Shown here: one piece after another, positions 48,776-59,120 of the stretch | How positions within the stretch are numbered: position 1 is the stretch's first letter | How the letters are laid out: every line of letters starts with the position of its first letter | NCBI GenBank assembly: GCA_026692845.1 | Contig: JAPLNM010000181.1 | Location: forward strand, 5,945 to 69,944 | Reading direction: 5' to 3' | Origin: Planctomycetota bacterium | Lineage (GTDB): Bacteria; Planctomycetota; Planctomycetia; Pirellulales; Pirellulaceae | DNA: 64,000 nucleotides | Program-made: the position numbers and the translations under genes | The notes under the pieces: model-generated | Database searches by the model: none | What the model was told of the DNA's origin: nothing | What the model saw: the letters and a program-made list of their open reading frames with translations, nothing else

Positions 48776-48791
48776 ATCCAGTGTCGTCTAG
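48760..48791. repeat. perfect tandem duplication of the 16-bp unit ATCCAGTGTCGTCTAG, spanning the cupin gene stop codon
   Basis: Read directly from the sequence. Copy 1 is 48760-48775 and ends in the TAG stop. Copy 2 is 48776-48791. Confidence 0.95.
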
Positions 48792-48801
48792 AGAGGTCCG
48801 T

Positions 48802-49041
48802 TCAAGAGACGAACCACTGCAAGCAGCCGGCAAGAGTCAGTAGGCTGCCCCCGGCAAGTGCGATCGCTAACCACTGGGTCCAGCGATGCGGATCGGTGAT
48901 CCCAAGCTCCCGGGCTAACGCATGCACCTTGGCCTCGGCTTGGGTCAACGAGACTCCGAGTTCGTCGCGGTAGAGGCCTGCGGCATCCGACCAGTGGCCT
49001 TCGCGAATCAATGTTTGGACAAGCGTATCGAGATTCGACAT
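48802..49041 (-). CDS. hypothetical small protein with C-terminal TM segment (about 79 aa)
   Basis: Trimmed from track ORF 48802-49143 to MSNLDTLVQTLIREG... Weak support. Confidence 0.3.
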   Translation of the reverse strand: MSNLDTLVQTLIREGHWSDAAGLYRDELGVSLTQAEAKVHALARELGITDPHRWTQWLAIALAGGSLLTLAGCLQWFVS

Positions 49042-49314
49042 TTCGGTCCGATGGATTCGGGTTTGCTTGCGCGGGAATCTTGAAAAAGATCCAAGGACTT
49101 GGGCAATCTGGGGCCTGTGGGCGGATTGGGGGCACCAGGGCACAAGTTTTCATGGGTATCCGTCTTCGATCGGTAGAGAATCTGAGGGACTTTAGCGAAA
49201 CCTCGGTCTTGAGTCGGTTTTTCCGGATTTCTATACTCCAGGTACGCGCAAAGCCTAAAGGGACAAAGGTTTCGTGCTCCTTTGGCGAGCTCATCCTAGG
49301 AAAAATCACCACTC

Positions 49315-52300
49315 GTGGTATCACCGGCGGACTACCCAATCCAAAAACTCCTCGTCCGTTGCTTAGCGTGCTTGTACGTCTTGGTCTCGGTCCTCGGAGG
49401 CTCCTGCGCGCCGAGCCAAGCAGCAGAAATCGGATTGCCCCTCTCGGACCCTCGCTTCAGCGTCACGATCCAAGCCCACTCGGCGAGCAAGTCCCAGCAG
49501 GGCAACTACACTGTCTATCAACTCGACGGAGGGGTGCGGATCGTCCAGGGCTCCTTTCGGGCTTCATGCCGTAAGGCCAACCTGTGGGTCCTGAGCGAAG
49601 AGTTACCCAGCCCTGAGGACTCGACAGGGATCCCAAGCTCGACGCTCCGAGCTTCGATGAATCCCGCATCGATGATCCATCGCATGGTTTTGGATACCCA
49701 AGAAGACTGCGATATCCAATGGTCCGAAGACCAACGCTTGAGAGACCAACGCTGGATGGGAAAACTCTATAGCCAACATGAACCGAAATTTGACGTTCAA
49801 GTTTGGCAACAGCCCGTCACAGCACTTTCACCTTTGGACTGGGCGCCGGAGGAGTCTCGATCGACTCGACCCATTCAATCCCATTTGGAGGCTACAAGAA
49901 ATTCATCCGTCAGGGACGCCGTGGTATGGACCGCGCAAGACGAACAAACGCACCTGCGCCTTGCTTCGCAACTTCTGCAATCCCAGCCACCCTCGGCTCT
50001 GCCGAGTGTCCCTGCTTCAGAACCCCTCGGCTCGCCCAACTCCATGCAGATCGGTAACTCGACTTTAGGCGGAACGGTCTTGGATCCAGGTTCGATCCCT
50101 CTGTTCGAATCCATACAGCCGGCTCCCCAAATCCCGGCTCCCCAAGTCCCGGCGACACCCCCGGTTGGGCAACCGGTCGAATCGTTCCAGTTACCGGCTC
50201 CAGCGGCCAACACCGGCCCGATCCCGGTACCTCTGGCCGCCCCGGTGGCTGCCTCGGCCCCGAATGTCCGCTCCGGTGTAAGGGTCGGGGCTCGCACTTT
50301 CAAAATCAGTGGTCGCAGTGGGATCGATCCACTCTATTCGGCCAAGAGTCGACCGGAACGAGGCGACAGTGTGGTGACCATCAGCCGAGGTATTCGGCTG
50401 ATGATCGGCGACGTGGCAGTACAAACCTCTGGCGGACTTTTCGACATGGGGACTGTGCTGATCGAAGCCGATCGCTGCGTGGTCTGGACGGCGGACTTGA
50501 ATCGATTGCTGTCGCAGAAAATCGACGACCTACCAGTCGAACTGTACCTTGAAGGAAACATCGTTTTTCAGCAAGGTGCCCGGGTGATCTATGCCGACCG
50601 GATGTACTACAACGTGCAATCCGAATACGGAATGATCTTAGGGGCCGAGGTCCTGACTCCGGCTCCCAAGTACGAAGGGATCGTGCGGCTCAAAGCCGAC
50701 GTGATCCAACAACGCTCTCGTGAAAATTTCTTAGCCAATCGCGCAGCGATGACCAGCAGTCGCCTAGGGGTCCCTCGCTATTGGCTCCAAGCTGATCGGA
50801 TCGAACTGAACGATCAACGCCAGTCGACGGACCAAACCGGATTGCTCGGTTTCGGGGTCCTGTCTCCCTCCGGGGATACCACGGCGATGAAGGCCAAGGC
50901 ACGGCATAATTTCGTCTACATGGAGGGCGTGCCTGTGGCCTATTGGCCGATCCTCAATACCAACGTCGATACCCCGAGTTTCTATATCTCCGGTGCTAGT
51001 TTCCGCAACGATAGTATCTTTGGCACCCAAGCCATGCTCGATTGGAATCTTTACCAGATCTTCGGACTCGATGCCGTCGACGGAACGAAGTGGACTCTCT
51101 CGACGGACTATCTGAGCAAACGAGGGTTTGCGATCGGCACGAACTTTCGCTACAACCTCCCTTCGCTCCACGGTGGGGGACCGGCTTACGGTGAATTCGA
51201 CGCCTGGGGACTCAATGACAAAGGGCTCGATACGCTCGGTAGTGATCGGATCGATATGGTCCCCGAGGAGACGACCCGGGGGCGAGTGGCCTGGCGGCAT
51301 CGCCAATTGCTATCACCCGACCAGGAGTTGTGGGCGGAGGTTGGATACATCAGCGACCGCAACTTTCTCGAACAGTACTTTGAAGAAGAATGGGATACGA
51401 TCAAGGATCGCTCGACGGCTTTGCGTTACCGCCACTATTTCATGGGTCAGCAAATGCTCGATCTATGGGCTCAAGTCCGTTTGAATAGCTTTTTTACCGA
51501 AACCCAGTGGCTTCCACGTATCGATCACTACTGGCTCGGCCAGGACCTAGGAAATTTCTTCACTTGGTATTCTCATTCCCAAGCAGGCTATGGGCAATTG
51601 AAGGTCGCCTCGAGGCCGACGGCGCCCCAGGACGCCGCGAAATTTCAGTTGCAGCCTTGGGAACAGACTTCATCAGGGATCCAAGCCGTTACTCGCCATG
51701 AGGTTTCACTGCCGTTTGACACAGGCCATAGCAAATGGACCCCCTTTGTCTCCGGCGAAGCGGCTTACTGGGGCGAAGACGTCTATGGCGATTCGCTCGG
51801 GCGATTGACCGGTCAAGCTGGACTGAGGACCTCGCTGCCGATGATCAAAGTGGCCCCTGAGATTCAAAGCTCTCTTTTCAATCTCAACGGCTTAGCTCAC
51901 AAAGTCTCTTTCGAAACCGAAACATGGTACGCCGACACGACCAAGGATCTCGATTTGCTCCCGCTATATGATCCCATCGATGACAACAGCCAGGAGCACT
52001 TTCGACGGCGAATGGTATTCAACACGTTTGGCGGTAGTCTGCCCGCCCAGTTCGAATCGCGTGACTATGCGGCCCGGCAAGGCATGCAACGGTATGTCAC
52101 GGCAGCCAGTTCCCAGATCGTCGCCGACCAGCTTCAAAGTCGCTTGGGTATCCACCAACGATGGCAGACCAAGCGAGGGGTTGCAGGTCGTGAGCGAATC
52201 GCCGATGTCGTGGAATTCGACGTTGATGCGATCTATTTCGCGAAGCCTGACCGCGATAACTTCGGTGAGAATTTCGGTGGCTTGAACTACGAGTTTCGAT

Positions 52301-52734
52301 ACCACGTCGGTGACCGCGTCACGCTCTTGAGCGACGGATACTACGATATGTTCGACCGAGGATTGCAAGCCACCTCGATCGGCACCTTGATCTCGCGTCC
52401 TTTGCGTGGCGATTTCTATGTCGGCCTGACCAACCTCGATGGACCTGTCTCGGCCAAGCTCCTGACCTCGACTCTGACTTACCGCATGAATGACAAGTGG
52501 GCGGCCGTCGGTAGTTCGGTGTACGATTTTGGTCCCACAGGTAGCAACGGACAAACGATCGGTTTGACTCGAATCGGCGAATCGTTCCTGTTTCGAGTCG
52601 GACTGGCTGTCGATAGCGGTCGAGACAACGTGTCGCTGCAATTTGCGCTTGAGCCAAGATTCTTACCGACGCGAGGCCTAGGGGTTGTCGGTGGCCAAGC
52701 CATTCCGCCGGCCGGATTCTTTGGGCTCGAATAG
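49315..52734 (+). CDS. large outer-membrane protein, LptD/OstA-like (tentative)
   Basis: Signal-like N-terminus LLVRCLACLYVLVSVLGGSCAPSQA. OstA-like segment NYTVYQLDGGVRIVQGSFRASCRKANLWV. A Pro-rich linker is followed by a long C-terminal region rich in alternating aromatic beta-strand patterns. Confidence 0.45.
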   Translation: MVSPADYPIQKLLVRCLACLYVLVSVLGGSCAPSQAAEIGLPLSDPRFSVTIQAHSASKSQQGNYTVYQLDGGVRIVQGSFRASCRKANLWVLSEELPSPEDSTGIPSSTLRASMNPASMIHRMVLDTQEDCDIQWSEDQRLRDQRWMGKLYSQHEPKFDVQVWQQPVTALSPLDWAPEESRSTRPIQSHLEATRNSSVRDAVVWTAQDEQTHLRLASQLLQSQPPSALPSVPASEPLGSPNSMQIGNSTLGGTVLDPGSIPLFESIQPAPQIPAPQVPATPPVGQPVESFQLPAPAANTGPIPVPLAAPVAASAPNVRSGVRVGARTFKISGRSGIDPLYSAKSRPERGDSVVTISRGIRLMIGDVAVQTSGGLFDMGTVLIEADRCVVWTADLNRLLSQKIDDLPVELYLEGNIVFQQGARVIYADRMYYNVQSEYGMILGAEVLTPAPKYEGIVRLKADVIQQRSRENFLANRAAMTSSRLGVPRYWLQADRIELNDQRQSTDQTGLLGFGVLSPSGDTTAMKAKARHNFVYMEGVPVAYWPILNTNVDTPSFYISGASFRNDSIFGTQAMLDWNLYQIFGLDAVDGTKWTLSTDYLSKRGFAIGTNFRYNLPSLHGGGPAYGEFDAWGLNDKGLDTLGSDRIDMVPEETTRGRVAWRHRQLLSPDQELWAEVGYISDRNFLEQYFEEEWDTIKDRSTALRYRHYFMGQQMLDLWAQVRLNSFFTETQWLPRIDHYWLGQDLGNFFTWYSHSQAGYGQLKVASRPTAPQDAAKFQLQPWEQTSSGIQAVTRHEVSLPFDTGHSKWTPFVSGEAAYWGEDVYGDSLGRLTGQAGLRTSLPMIKVAPEIQSSLFNLNGLAHKVSFETETWYADTTKDLDLLPLYDPIDDNSQEHFRRRMVFNTFGGSLPAQFESRDYAARQGMQRYVTAASSQIVADQLQSRLGIHQRWQTKRGVAGRERIADVVEFDVDAIYFAKPDRDNFGENFGGLNYEFRYHVGDRVTLLSDGYYDMFDRGLQATSIGTLISRPLRGDFYVGLTNLDGPVSAKLLTSTLTYRMNDKWAAVGSSVYDFGPTGSNGQTIGLTRIGESFLFRVGLAVDSGRDNVSLQFALEPRFLPTRGLGVVGGQAIPPAGFFGLE

Positions 52735-52745
52735 CAACCAAAGGA

Positions 52746-53597
52746 TCAACTCAGTTCGGCAGTCTGCTTCTCCTCGGCTGCACTGCTGCGATAGTACTTA
52801 GGCAACAAACCAAATGGCTCGGTCGTTTGCTGTCTCAGCCATGCTCTCCATGCGAGTCTTGCCACTGTCGATGCTCTGGGCTCACCACAGTTCCTGTCCT
52901 CCCAAACCAGCTTGCTGTTCTCGAGTTCCGTTGGGCTCTGCGCGGTTACAAAATCCCGATGGCAGTCTCGCAGTTTTTGAAGCGATGGTCCTGCTACCGA
53001 GCAACTGCCGGATCGGTTCTGCTGCGCGATCTCTTTGGCTAGCCAAGTATTGTCATCGATTCGAGTTGGGATTGTCTGGACGCACTCCCCTGCCCCGAGG
53101 CGATACTTAGCCCAAAAACTTTGCCCTCGAAACGCGTCGGCAACTGCAAACAGATCGACACTTTCCAATCCTCGATCCATCCATGTATCGGAAACCTGCT
53201 GGGCGATCACATCCAAGGTGTCGATAGCAACGACGGGTAGTCGCAGCGCATAGGCCATCACCTTGGCCGTCGCGATCCCGACGCGTAACCCTGTAAACGA
53301 GCCAGGACCCTGGACCACGCCAATCGCATGGAGATCCTTGGGCTCAAGACCGTCTTGGGCCAGCAGTTTTTGGATTGCCGGTGCCAACGTCTTTGCCGAC
53401 CCCCAGCTTGGATCCAACTCGAGCGATAGGACCTGCATGGGATCGATGAGGTTTCTGAGGCTAAAACTTCCAGAGGATAGCCCCTGTAGCCCTGGCCCGA
53501 GCGATTCCCTCAGTGTTTCGAAGGAATCAGGCATTTTCGCTAAGGCGATCGATCCGCTCCGTCCCGAAGTTTCCAACGCGAGCAGGTTTGTCGTCAT
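52746..53597 (-). CDS. tsaB: tRNA threonylcarbamoyladenosine biosynthesis protein TsaB (YeaZ family)
   Basis: LLALETSGRSGSIAL and GVVQGPGSFTGLRVGIATAKVMAYAL. Confidence 0.85.
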   Translation of the reverse strand: MTTNLLALETSGRSGSIALAKMPDSFETLRESLGPGLQGLSSGSFSLRNLIDPMQVLSLELDPSWGSAKTLAPAIQKLLAQDGLEPKDLHAIGVVQGPGSFTGLRVGIATAKVMAYALRLPVVAIDTLDVIAQQVSDTWMDRGLESVDLFAVADAFRGQSFWAKYRLGAGECVQTIPTRIDDNTWLAKEIAQQNRSGSCSVAGPSLQKLRDCHRDFVTAQSPTELENSKLVWEDRNCGEPRASTVARLAWRAWLRQQTTEPFGLLPKYYRSSAAEEKQTAELS

Positions 53598-53634
53598 GCA
53601 TGGAACCTAGTTGAAGGGTCTCAATACCAGGGTT

Positions 53635-56457
53635 TTAGCTTCCAGCGATCGATTGCCAAGTGCTCTTGGCAACCGCCAGTGCCTGGTCGATGTTACTGGG
53701 CAGTTTCCCACCGGCTTGGGCGAAGTCAGCCCGACCGCCGCCGCTGCCTCCGACTACTTCGGCCACCGGTGCGATCCACTTGCCGGCACTGTAGCCTTGA
53801 TCGACTAAGGCTTGGCTAAGTCCGGCCAACAAGGTGACCTTGTCCTGATCATGGGTGGCAAACAGAACCGCCACGGGCTTGGCCGATTTCTTGCGGATCT
53901 GATCGATCCATTGCCGCATCATCGCAGTGTTGGCGTTGGGGACTCTGGCAACGATCACTAGGCTAGGGCCTACGGTCTGGGCCGATGCGATCAGTTGATC
54001 GACGTCCAAGCTGCTGGCGTTTGAAAGCTGAGCTAGTTGCTCATGGAGTTGTTGCTCTTCTGCCAGCAGGGCATCCATTCTACTGCCGACTTCATCGAGC
54101 GAAACATTCATCGCCCGTGCAGCGTGCTTCAGAGCGCTGCGGATATCCGCATAGGCAAGCTTCGGGCCTCCTGAGGCGCTTTGCCCACCGACTTTGAGTG
54201 GTGGGGTTTCGTTTCCTCCTGCCGATGTAGCGATCTTTTTAAGTTTGCGAATGGCGGTGACAAGCTCGACGCTACGCGCTGCGAGTTGATCGATTGAGCA
54301 ACCGAGTTTCTGCGCGACCAAGGCCGCTTGGGACTCGATCTTGGTCCGATGCTCTAGAGCTTTCGCGCCGGTCAACGCGGTGATCCGCCGGACGCCTGCC
54401 GAAACGCTTTCATCGGTAAGTATTTCCAGGGTACCGATTTCTGCGGTGTTGCTCGCGTGGGTTCCACCGCACAGTTCGCGGGAAAAATCCCCCATACTGA
54501 CCATACGGACCGGATCGGGGTACTTTTCTCCAAAGAGCATCATCGCACCGAGTTCGCGGGCTTGCGTTAAGGGAACCGTCTCCCAACGGATCGTCGCTCC
54601 TAGGGAGATTTTTTCATTGGACAAGCCCTCGATCAGCTTGAGGTCATCGTCCGACAGGGAGTCTTGGTGGCTAAAGTCGAATCGCAACCAATCCGAGTCG
54701 ACTTTGCTGCCTTGCTGTTGGGCGTGTTTTCCGAGTCGCGACTGAAGTGCATGGTGCAGAACATGCGTCGCAGAGTGCGCGCGGCGAATCGAATTTCGTC
54801 GATTTTCGTCGACCAAGGCTTGGACCGTTTCGCCTTCCTTGAGCGATCCGGTGAGCATCCGTCCAAAGTGGACGATCAAGTCTCCGCTTTTTTGTGTGTC
54901 GGTGACTTCAAAACTGCCGCTAGCGGTTTGAAGTTGGCCGCTATCGCCTACTTGTCCACCACTTTCTCCGTAGAACGGCGAGCGATCCAAAACGATGCGT
55001 AGCATTTCTGCTTGGGTGTCGTTCGAGACGGTGCTGACCAATCGGTCATCCTTTGGCTTTCCGACGATTACCCCCTTGATCTGAGCCGGGGATTGGGAGG
55101 TGGTGTATCCGAGAAACTCCGATTGATGCAGAGCTTCTTTGAGCGTTTCGATAGGACCGGTTTCGAACAGCTCGCCGGTTCCCCCACCGCTGATATCACC
55201 GTGCCTGAGCATGGCTTCACGGTATGCGTCCCAATCGAAGGAATATCCTCGCTCGGCGGAGATCTGTTGAAAAAGTTCCGGTGGAACCCCGTGGGTTTGG
55301 TAGAGCGTTGCGGCTTCGGCACCATCGACCATGGTGCTCCCTTTACCGGACATCTCGTCGAATAACCGATCGATGCGTTCGAGTCCCGATCCGATGGTTG
55401 CAAAGAAGTCGGTCTCTTCGCGCTTCATGACCATAGCGACTCGGTCGATGGTATCGGACAGCTCTGGATAGGATCCTTTCATCATTTCAGCGACGATCGG
55501 AACGAGCTGATGGAGGAATGGATCTCGCATGCCGAGTTGATGTCCATCGAGCACGGCGCGTCGCAAGAGCCGTTTGATCACGTAGCGGGCCTTTTTCGGT
55601 CCGGGGTAAACGTTCTCGTGGATGGCAAACGTACAAGCCCTGACGTGGTCGGTGATCCGACGCAAACGACGGCCATCGTCGCTTTCGTAGGTGTATTTCA
55701 CTCCGCAAACTTCAGCGGCAGCTTGCACAATCGGAAATAGAATATCGATATGGAAGTTCGTCGGCACGCCTTGTAAGACGCTTGCTGCGCGTTCCAAGCC
55801 CATCCCGGTATCGATGTTCTTGCTGGGCAAGGGGCGCAGGTTATTCGGAGGTTCTCCGACGCGGTTGAATTGGGTGAAAACCAGATTCCAAATCTCGACG
55901 GTCTTGCCCCCTTCGAGCGTGTAGTAGATTTCGGAACAGGGTCCGCAGACCCCATCGGGGCCTTGGCTCGGTGCGCTGGCGGGCCAGAAATTATCGGCTT
56001 CGTCCATGCGGGTGATCCGGGACGTGGGCAAGCCAATTTTCTCGTTCCAGATCTTGGCCGCCTCGTCGTCGTCTTTGTATACCGTGATGGTCAATCGTTC
56101 CGGATCGATCCCAAACCATTTTTTATCCGTCAGCAGTTCCCAAGCCCAAGCGATCGCTTCGGCTTTGAAGTAGTCTCCGAAGCTGAAGTTACCGAGCATT
56201 TCGAAGAAGGTGTGGTGATAGGCGGTCCGGCCGACATTGTCGATGTCGCCGGTGCGCAGGCATTTTTGACACGTCGTCGCGCGGGTGTAATCGAGTTTGA
56301 CTTTCCCGAGAAAATGGTCCTTGAACTGGTTCATTCCCGCAGGCGTGAAAAGGACCGACGGATCCCACGTCGGAACCAACACATCGCTGGCTTGGCGATG
56401 ATGACCCTTGGATTCAAAGAACGCTAAGTACTTTTCTCGCAACTCGTCTGTTTTCAT
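53635..56457 (-). CDS. alaS: alanine--tRNA ligase
   Basis: MKTDELREKYLAFFESKGH, FTPAGMNQFKD, RTGDIDNVGRTAYHHTFFEMLGNFSFGDYFK, editing-domain HSATHVLHHAL and CGGTHASNT, plus a C-terminal DHHA1-like domain. Confidence 0.97.
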   Translation of the reverse strand: MKTDELREKYLAFFESKGHHRQASDVLVPTWDPSVLFTPAGMNQFKDHFLGKVKLDYTRATTCQKCLRTGDIDNVGRTAYHHTFFEMLGNFSFGDYFKAEAIAWAWELLTDKKWFGIDPERLTITVYKDDDEAAKIWNEKIGLPTSRITRMDEADNFWPASAPSQGPDGVCGPCSEIYYTLEGGKTVEIWNLVFTQFNRVGEPPNNLRPLPSKNIDTGMGLERAASVLQGVPTNFHIDILFPIVQAAAEVCGVKYTYESDDGRRLRRITDHVRACTFAIHENVYPGPKKARYVIKRLLRRAVLDGHQLGMRDPFLHQLVPIVAEMMKGSYPELSDTIDRVAMVMKREETDFFATIGSGLERIDRLFDEMSGKGSTMVDGAEAATLYQTHGVPPELFQQISAERGYSFDWDAYREAMLRHGDISGGGTGELFETGPIETLKEALHQSEFLGYTTSQSPAQIKGVIVGKPKDDRLVSTVSNDTQAEMLRIVLDRSPFYGESGGQVGDSGQLQTASGSFEVTDTQKSGDLIVHFGRMLTGSLKEGETVQALVDENRRNSIRRAHSATHVLHHALQSRLGKHAQQQGSKVDSDWLRFDFSHQDSLSDDDLKLIEGLSNEKISLGATIRWETVPLTQARELGAMMLFGEKYPDPVRMVSMGDFSRELCGGTHASNTAEIGTLEILTDESVSAGVRRITALTGAKALEHRTKIESQAALVAQKLGCSIDQLAARSVELVTAIRKLKKIATSAGGNETPPLKVGGQSASGGPKLAYADIRSALKHAARAMNVSLDEVGSRMDALLAEEQQLHEQLAQLSNASSLDVDQLIASAQTVGPSLVIVARVPNANTAMMRQWIDQIRKKSAKPVAVLFATHDQDKVTLLAGLSQALVDQGYSAGKWIAPVAEVVGGSGGGRADFAQAGGKLPSNIDQALAVAKSTWQSIAGS

Positions 56458-56596
56458 AGTTCTTGATCGTCTGATGGAAGTCGAGGTCCGAACGGAACCT
56501 CTGGGGCCACGAATAATGGAATAAATTTACCCGCAATTGGCCCTTTCGCGTAGTCCTTTTGAGCCCCGGAACCGTTACGATATTCGCCAAATCTCT

Positions 56597-58366
56597 ATGA
56601 GTTCGTTCGTCGATAAGGTAGCTGCTATGTCCTGGGAATCGATCCAATCTCGTTTGCTTCGACGCAAAACACTCGCTCAGATCGACCAGGAATTCGAAAA
56701 CCAATCCTCCGAGTCTTTGGTCCGTAGCTTGACGCTCTTTGACCTGACGTGCTTCGGAATCGCTGCGGTCATCGGTGCAGGTGCCTTTACGACCATCGGC
56801 AGGGCCTCGTTTGATGGCGGACCTGCAATCTCGCTGCTGTTTGTCATCACCGCCGTCGCATGTCTGTTCTCGGCCTTGTGCTACGCTCAGTTCGCCTCGA
56901 GCATCCCAACGAGCGGTAGCGCCTACACCTACGCCTTTGTGGCCTTCGGGGAATTGACCGCTTGGATGATCGGTTGGAATCTGCTGATGGAGTACGCGAT
57001 CGGAAATAGCGTCCTGGCGTTTGCTTGGTCAAGCTACTTTGTCAACCTGCTCGAAGGGATGCAAGGGTGGCTATCGGGCTTCGGATGGGGATTTCAGATC
57101 CCACAATGGCTCGTTCAAGACTACTACAGCTGTGCGCGCGCTCCGGCCCAATGGGCGGCGGTCCAAGCCGCCAACGGCATCCCGGGCGAGGAACTCCAGA
57201 GGCACCTCCAAGCTTGGGAAACGGCTCCGAGCCTCGGAGGACTCAAACTGATCGCCGACGTACCGGCACTGGTCATCAACATCCTGGTTACCGCTCTGGT
57301 GATTGTCGGGATCCACGAATCCAAGAAAATCAGCAACGCGATGGTGTTGCTGAAAATGGCCGTCGTGATGCTGGTCGTCTTGGTCGGCGCGTTCTATATC
57401 AAACCGAGCAACTGGAGCCCCTTTGCCCCGAATGGTTTAGAAGGTGTTTTCAAGGGAATCGCCGGTGTCTTCTTCGCATACATCGGTTTCGATGCGATCT
57501 CGACGACCGCCGAAGAGTGCAAGAACGCTCAGCGCGATATCCCTCGTGCGACGTTGCTGACACTGCTGCTATGCACGGTCATCTATATCATCCTCTCGTT
57601 TACCTTGACCGGAATGGTCTCGTACAAGGAACTCGATGTCGACGATCCGCTAGCATATGTCTTTGAGAAAATCGGTCTGCCCTCCTTGGTCGGCATCATT
57701 TCGCTCAGCGCCGTGATCGCTACGACGAGTGTCTTTCTGGTTTTTCAACTCGGCCAGCCGAGAATCTTCATGAGCATGGCTCGCGATGGACTTCTCCCAA
57801 AACCTTTCGCATCGATCCATCCAAGATTCAAAACTCCTGCTTTCTCGTCAGTGATCACCGCAGTGATGGTCGCCTTGCCAACCCTGTTCTTCAATTCGCA
57901 GTTCGTCACCGACCTGGCCTCGATCGGCACTTTGTTCGCATTCATGTTCGTGTGCGGAGGAATCCTCGTCTTGGGAAGCACCAACCCCCAATCGACCGGA
58001 TTTCGGGTCCCGAAATTACCCGGCGCGATCCTTGTGCCGCTGAGCTTTATCGCTTATTGCATCGTGCTCCCGAATCTTCCCGACAATCACCAACTAGGGG
58101 GTGATTGGATGCCCGAGGGCAATTTCCACTACGATCGAATCCCTTACGCGATCTTCCTGTCGACCTTCTTGGCCCTATCGGCCGCAACGGTCCGCTACCG
58201 TTGGTCGGCCATCCCTGTCCTGGGGGTCATTGTCAATCTCTACCTGATCGCAGGACTCGGAGCGGCAAATTGGATTCGCTTTGGCATTTGGTGCGCCATC
58301 GGACTGTTGGTCTACGCCCTCTACGGCTACCACCACAGCCGTCGCCGCAACGAATACCTCACTTAG
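56597..58366 (+). CDS. APC-superfamily amino acid permease (cationic amino acid transporter-like)
   Basis: LTLFDLTCFGIAAVIGAGAFTTIG, SGSAYTYAFVAFGE and FAYIGFDAISTTAEECKNAQRDIP, with about 14 TM segments. Start set at the second ATG (MSSFVDK). Confidence 0.85.
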   Translation: MSSFVDKVAAMSWESIQSRLLRRKTLAQIDQEFENQSSESLVRSLTLFDLTCFGIAAVIGAGAFTTIGRASFDGGPAISLLFVITAVACLFSALCYAQFASSIPTSGSAYTYAFVAFGELTAWMIGWNLLMEYAIGNSVLAFAWSSYFVNLLEGMQGWLSGFGWGFQIPQWLVQDYYSCARAPAQWAAVQAANGIPGEELQRHLQAWETAPSLGGLKLIADVPALVINILVTALVIVGIHESKKISNAMVLLKMAVVMLVVLVGAFYIKPSNWSPFAPNGLEGVFKGIAGVFFAYIGFDAISTTAEECKNAQRDIPRATLLTLLLCTVIYIILSFTLTGMVSYKELDVDDPLAYVFEKIGLPSLVGIISLSAVIATTSVFLVFQLGQPRIFMSMARDGLLPKPFASIHPRFKTPAFSSVITAVMVALPTLFFNSQFVTDLASIGTLFAFMFVCGGILVLGSTNPQSTGFRVPKLPGAILVPLSFIAYCIVLPNLPDNHQLGGDWMPEGNFHYDRIPYAIFLSTFLALSAATVRYRWSAIPVLGVIVNLYLIAGLGAANWIRFGIWCAIGLLVYALYGYHHSRRRNEYLT

Positions 58367-58384
58367 TCGAAGCTTAGTCGAAGC
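58363..58384. repeat. perfect tandem duplication of the 11-bp unit TTAGTCGAAGC, spanning the permease stop codon
   Basis: Read directly from the sequence. Copy 1 is 58363-58373 and contains the TAG stop at 58364-58366. Copy 2 is 58374-58384. Confidence 0.95.
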
Positions 58385-58429
58385 TAAAATGCCGGTCGAT
58401 TTTTTTGTGGATATTCTTCCCTGATAGGA

Positions 58430-58879
58430 TCATACGTCGCTGATCTTGATCACCAAGACCGGAACGTGCGCAAAACGTACCACGCGCTCTGCGACACTTC
58501 CCAAGACCAATCGACTGATGCCACTTCGGCCATGCGAAGGGATCACGATCAGGTCCGCTCCGATGGCCTTGGCTCGCTCGACGCACGTTAAGCCGGGATC
58601 ACCGATCATCACCTCCTTTGAGCATTGTGCAAACCGAGGATCCGCGAATTCCTCATCGAGCGATTTTTGTGTGTATTCGAGGCGAAGCTGATCGTCGATC
58701 GCCTCGACGGGAAATCCCTCTGGCGCTAAGGGTATGAAGGTCGGGAGCACATGCAGAAAGTGCACCTGCGAGGGTGAATCGGCGATCGATAAGGCCTTGT
58801 CTACCGCAACCCGAGAGTACGCAGAGAAATCATAAGGGACCAGAACCGCTTTGCTAATCGACCACGCCATGGTTGCCAC
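58430..58879 (-). CDS. universal stress protein (UspA family)
   Basis: The C-terminal block ADLIVIPSHGRSGISRLVLGSVAERVVRFAHVPVLVI is a UspA hallmark. Confidence 0.85.
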   Translation of the reverse strand: MATMAWSISKAVLVPYDFSAYSRVAVDKALSIADSPSQVHFLHVLPTFIPLAPEGFPVEAIDDQLRLEYTQKSLDEEFADPRFAQCSKEVMIGDPGLTCVERAKAIGADLIVIPSHGRSGISRLVLGSVAERVVRFAHVPVLVIKISDV

Positions 58880-59120
58880 CTTTTGGGGCTGAGAGGTTTA
58901 CATCCCAGAGGTTTGCATCGCTATGCAGTGTTTCTGGGCTGATGAATTCATTCTACGCCCCTGCTCCGGTGCCGAGAGATACCTTCTCGATGAGAATCGG
59001 CAAATAAATTACCAGGGCAAATTTCTTGATTTGAGCAGCCGGTCGTATACCATGACGGTTTGTTTCATCATGAACCAATCGTTCCTATCCTCTCCTTTCC
59101 CCTCCTTCAGGTGCTTTGCA

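Noticed and set aside
57025-57666. A 213-aa plus-strand ORF in an alternative frame inside the amino-acid permease gene.
   Set aside because: It has Arg-rich shadow-frame composition, while the permease frame shows a continuous TM pattern and APC motifs.
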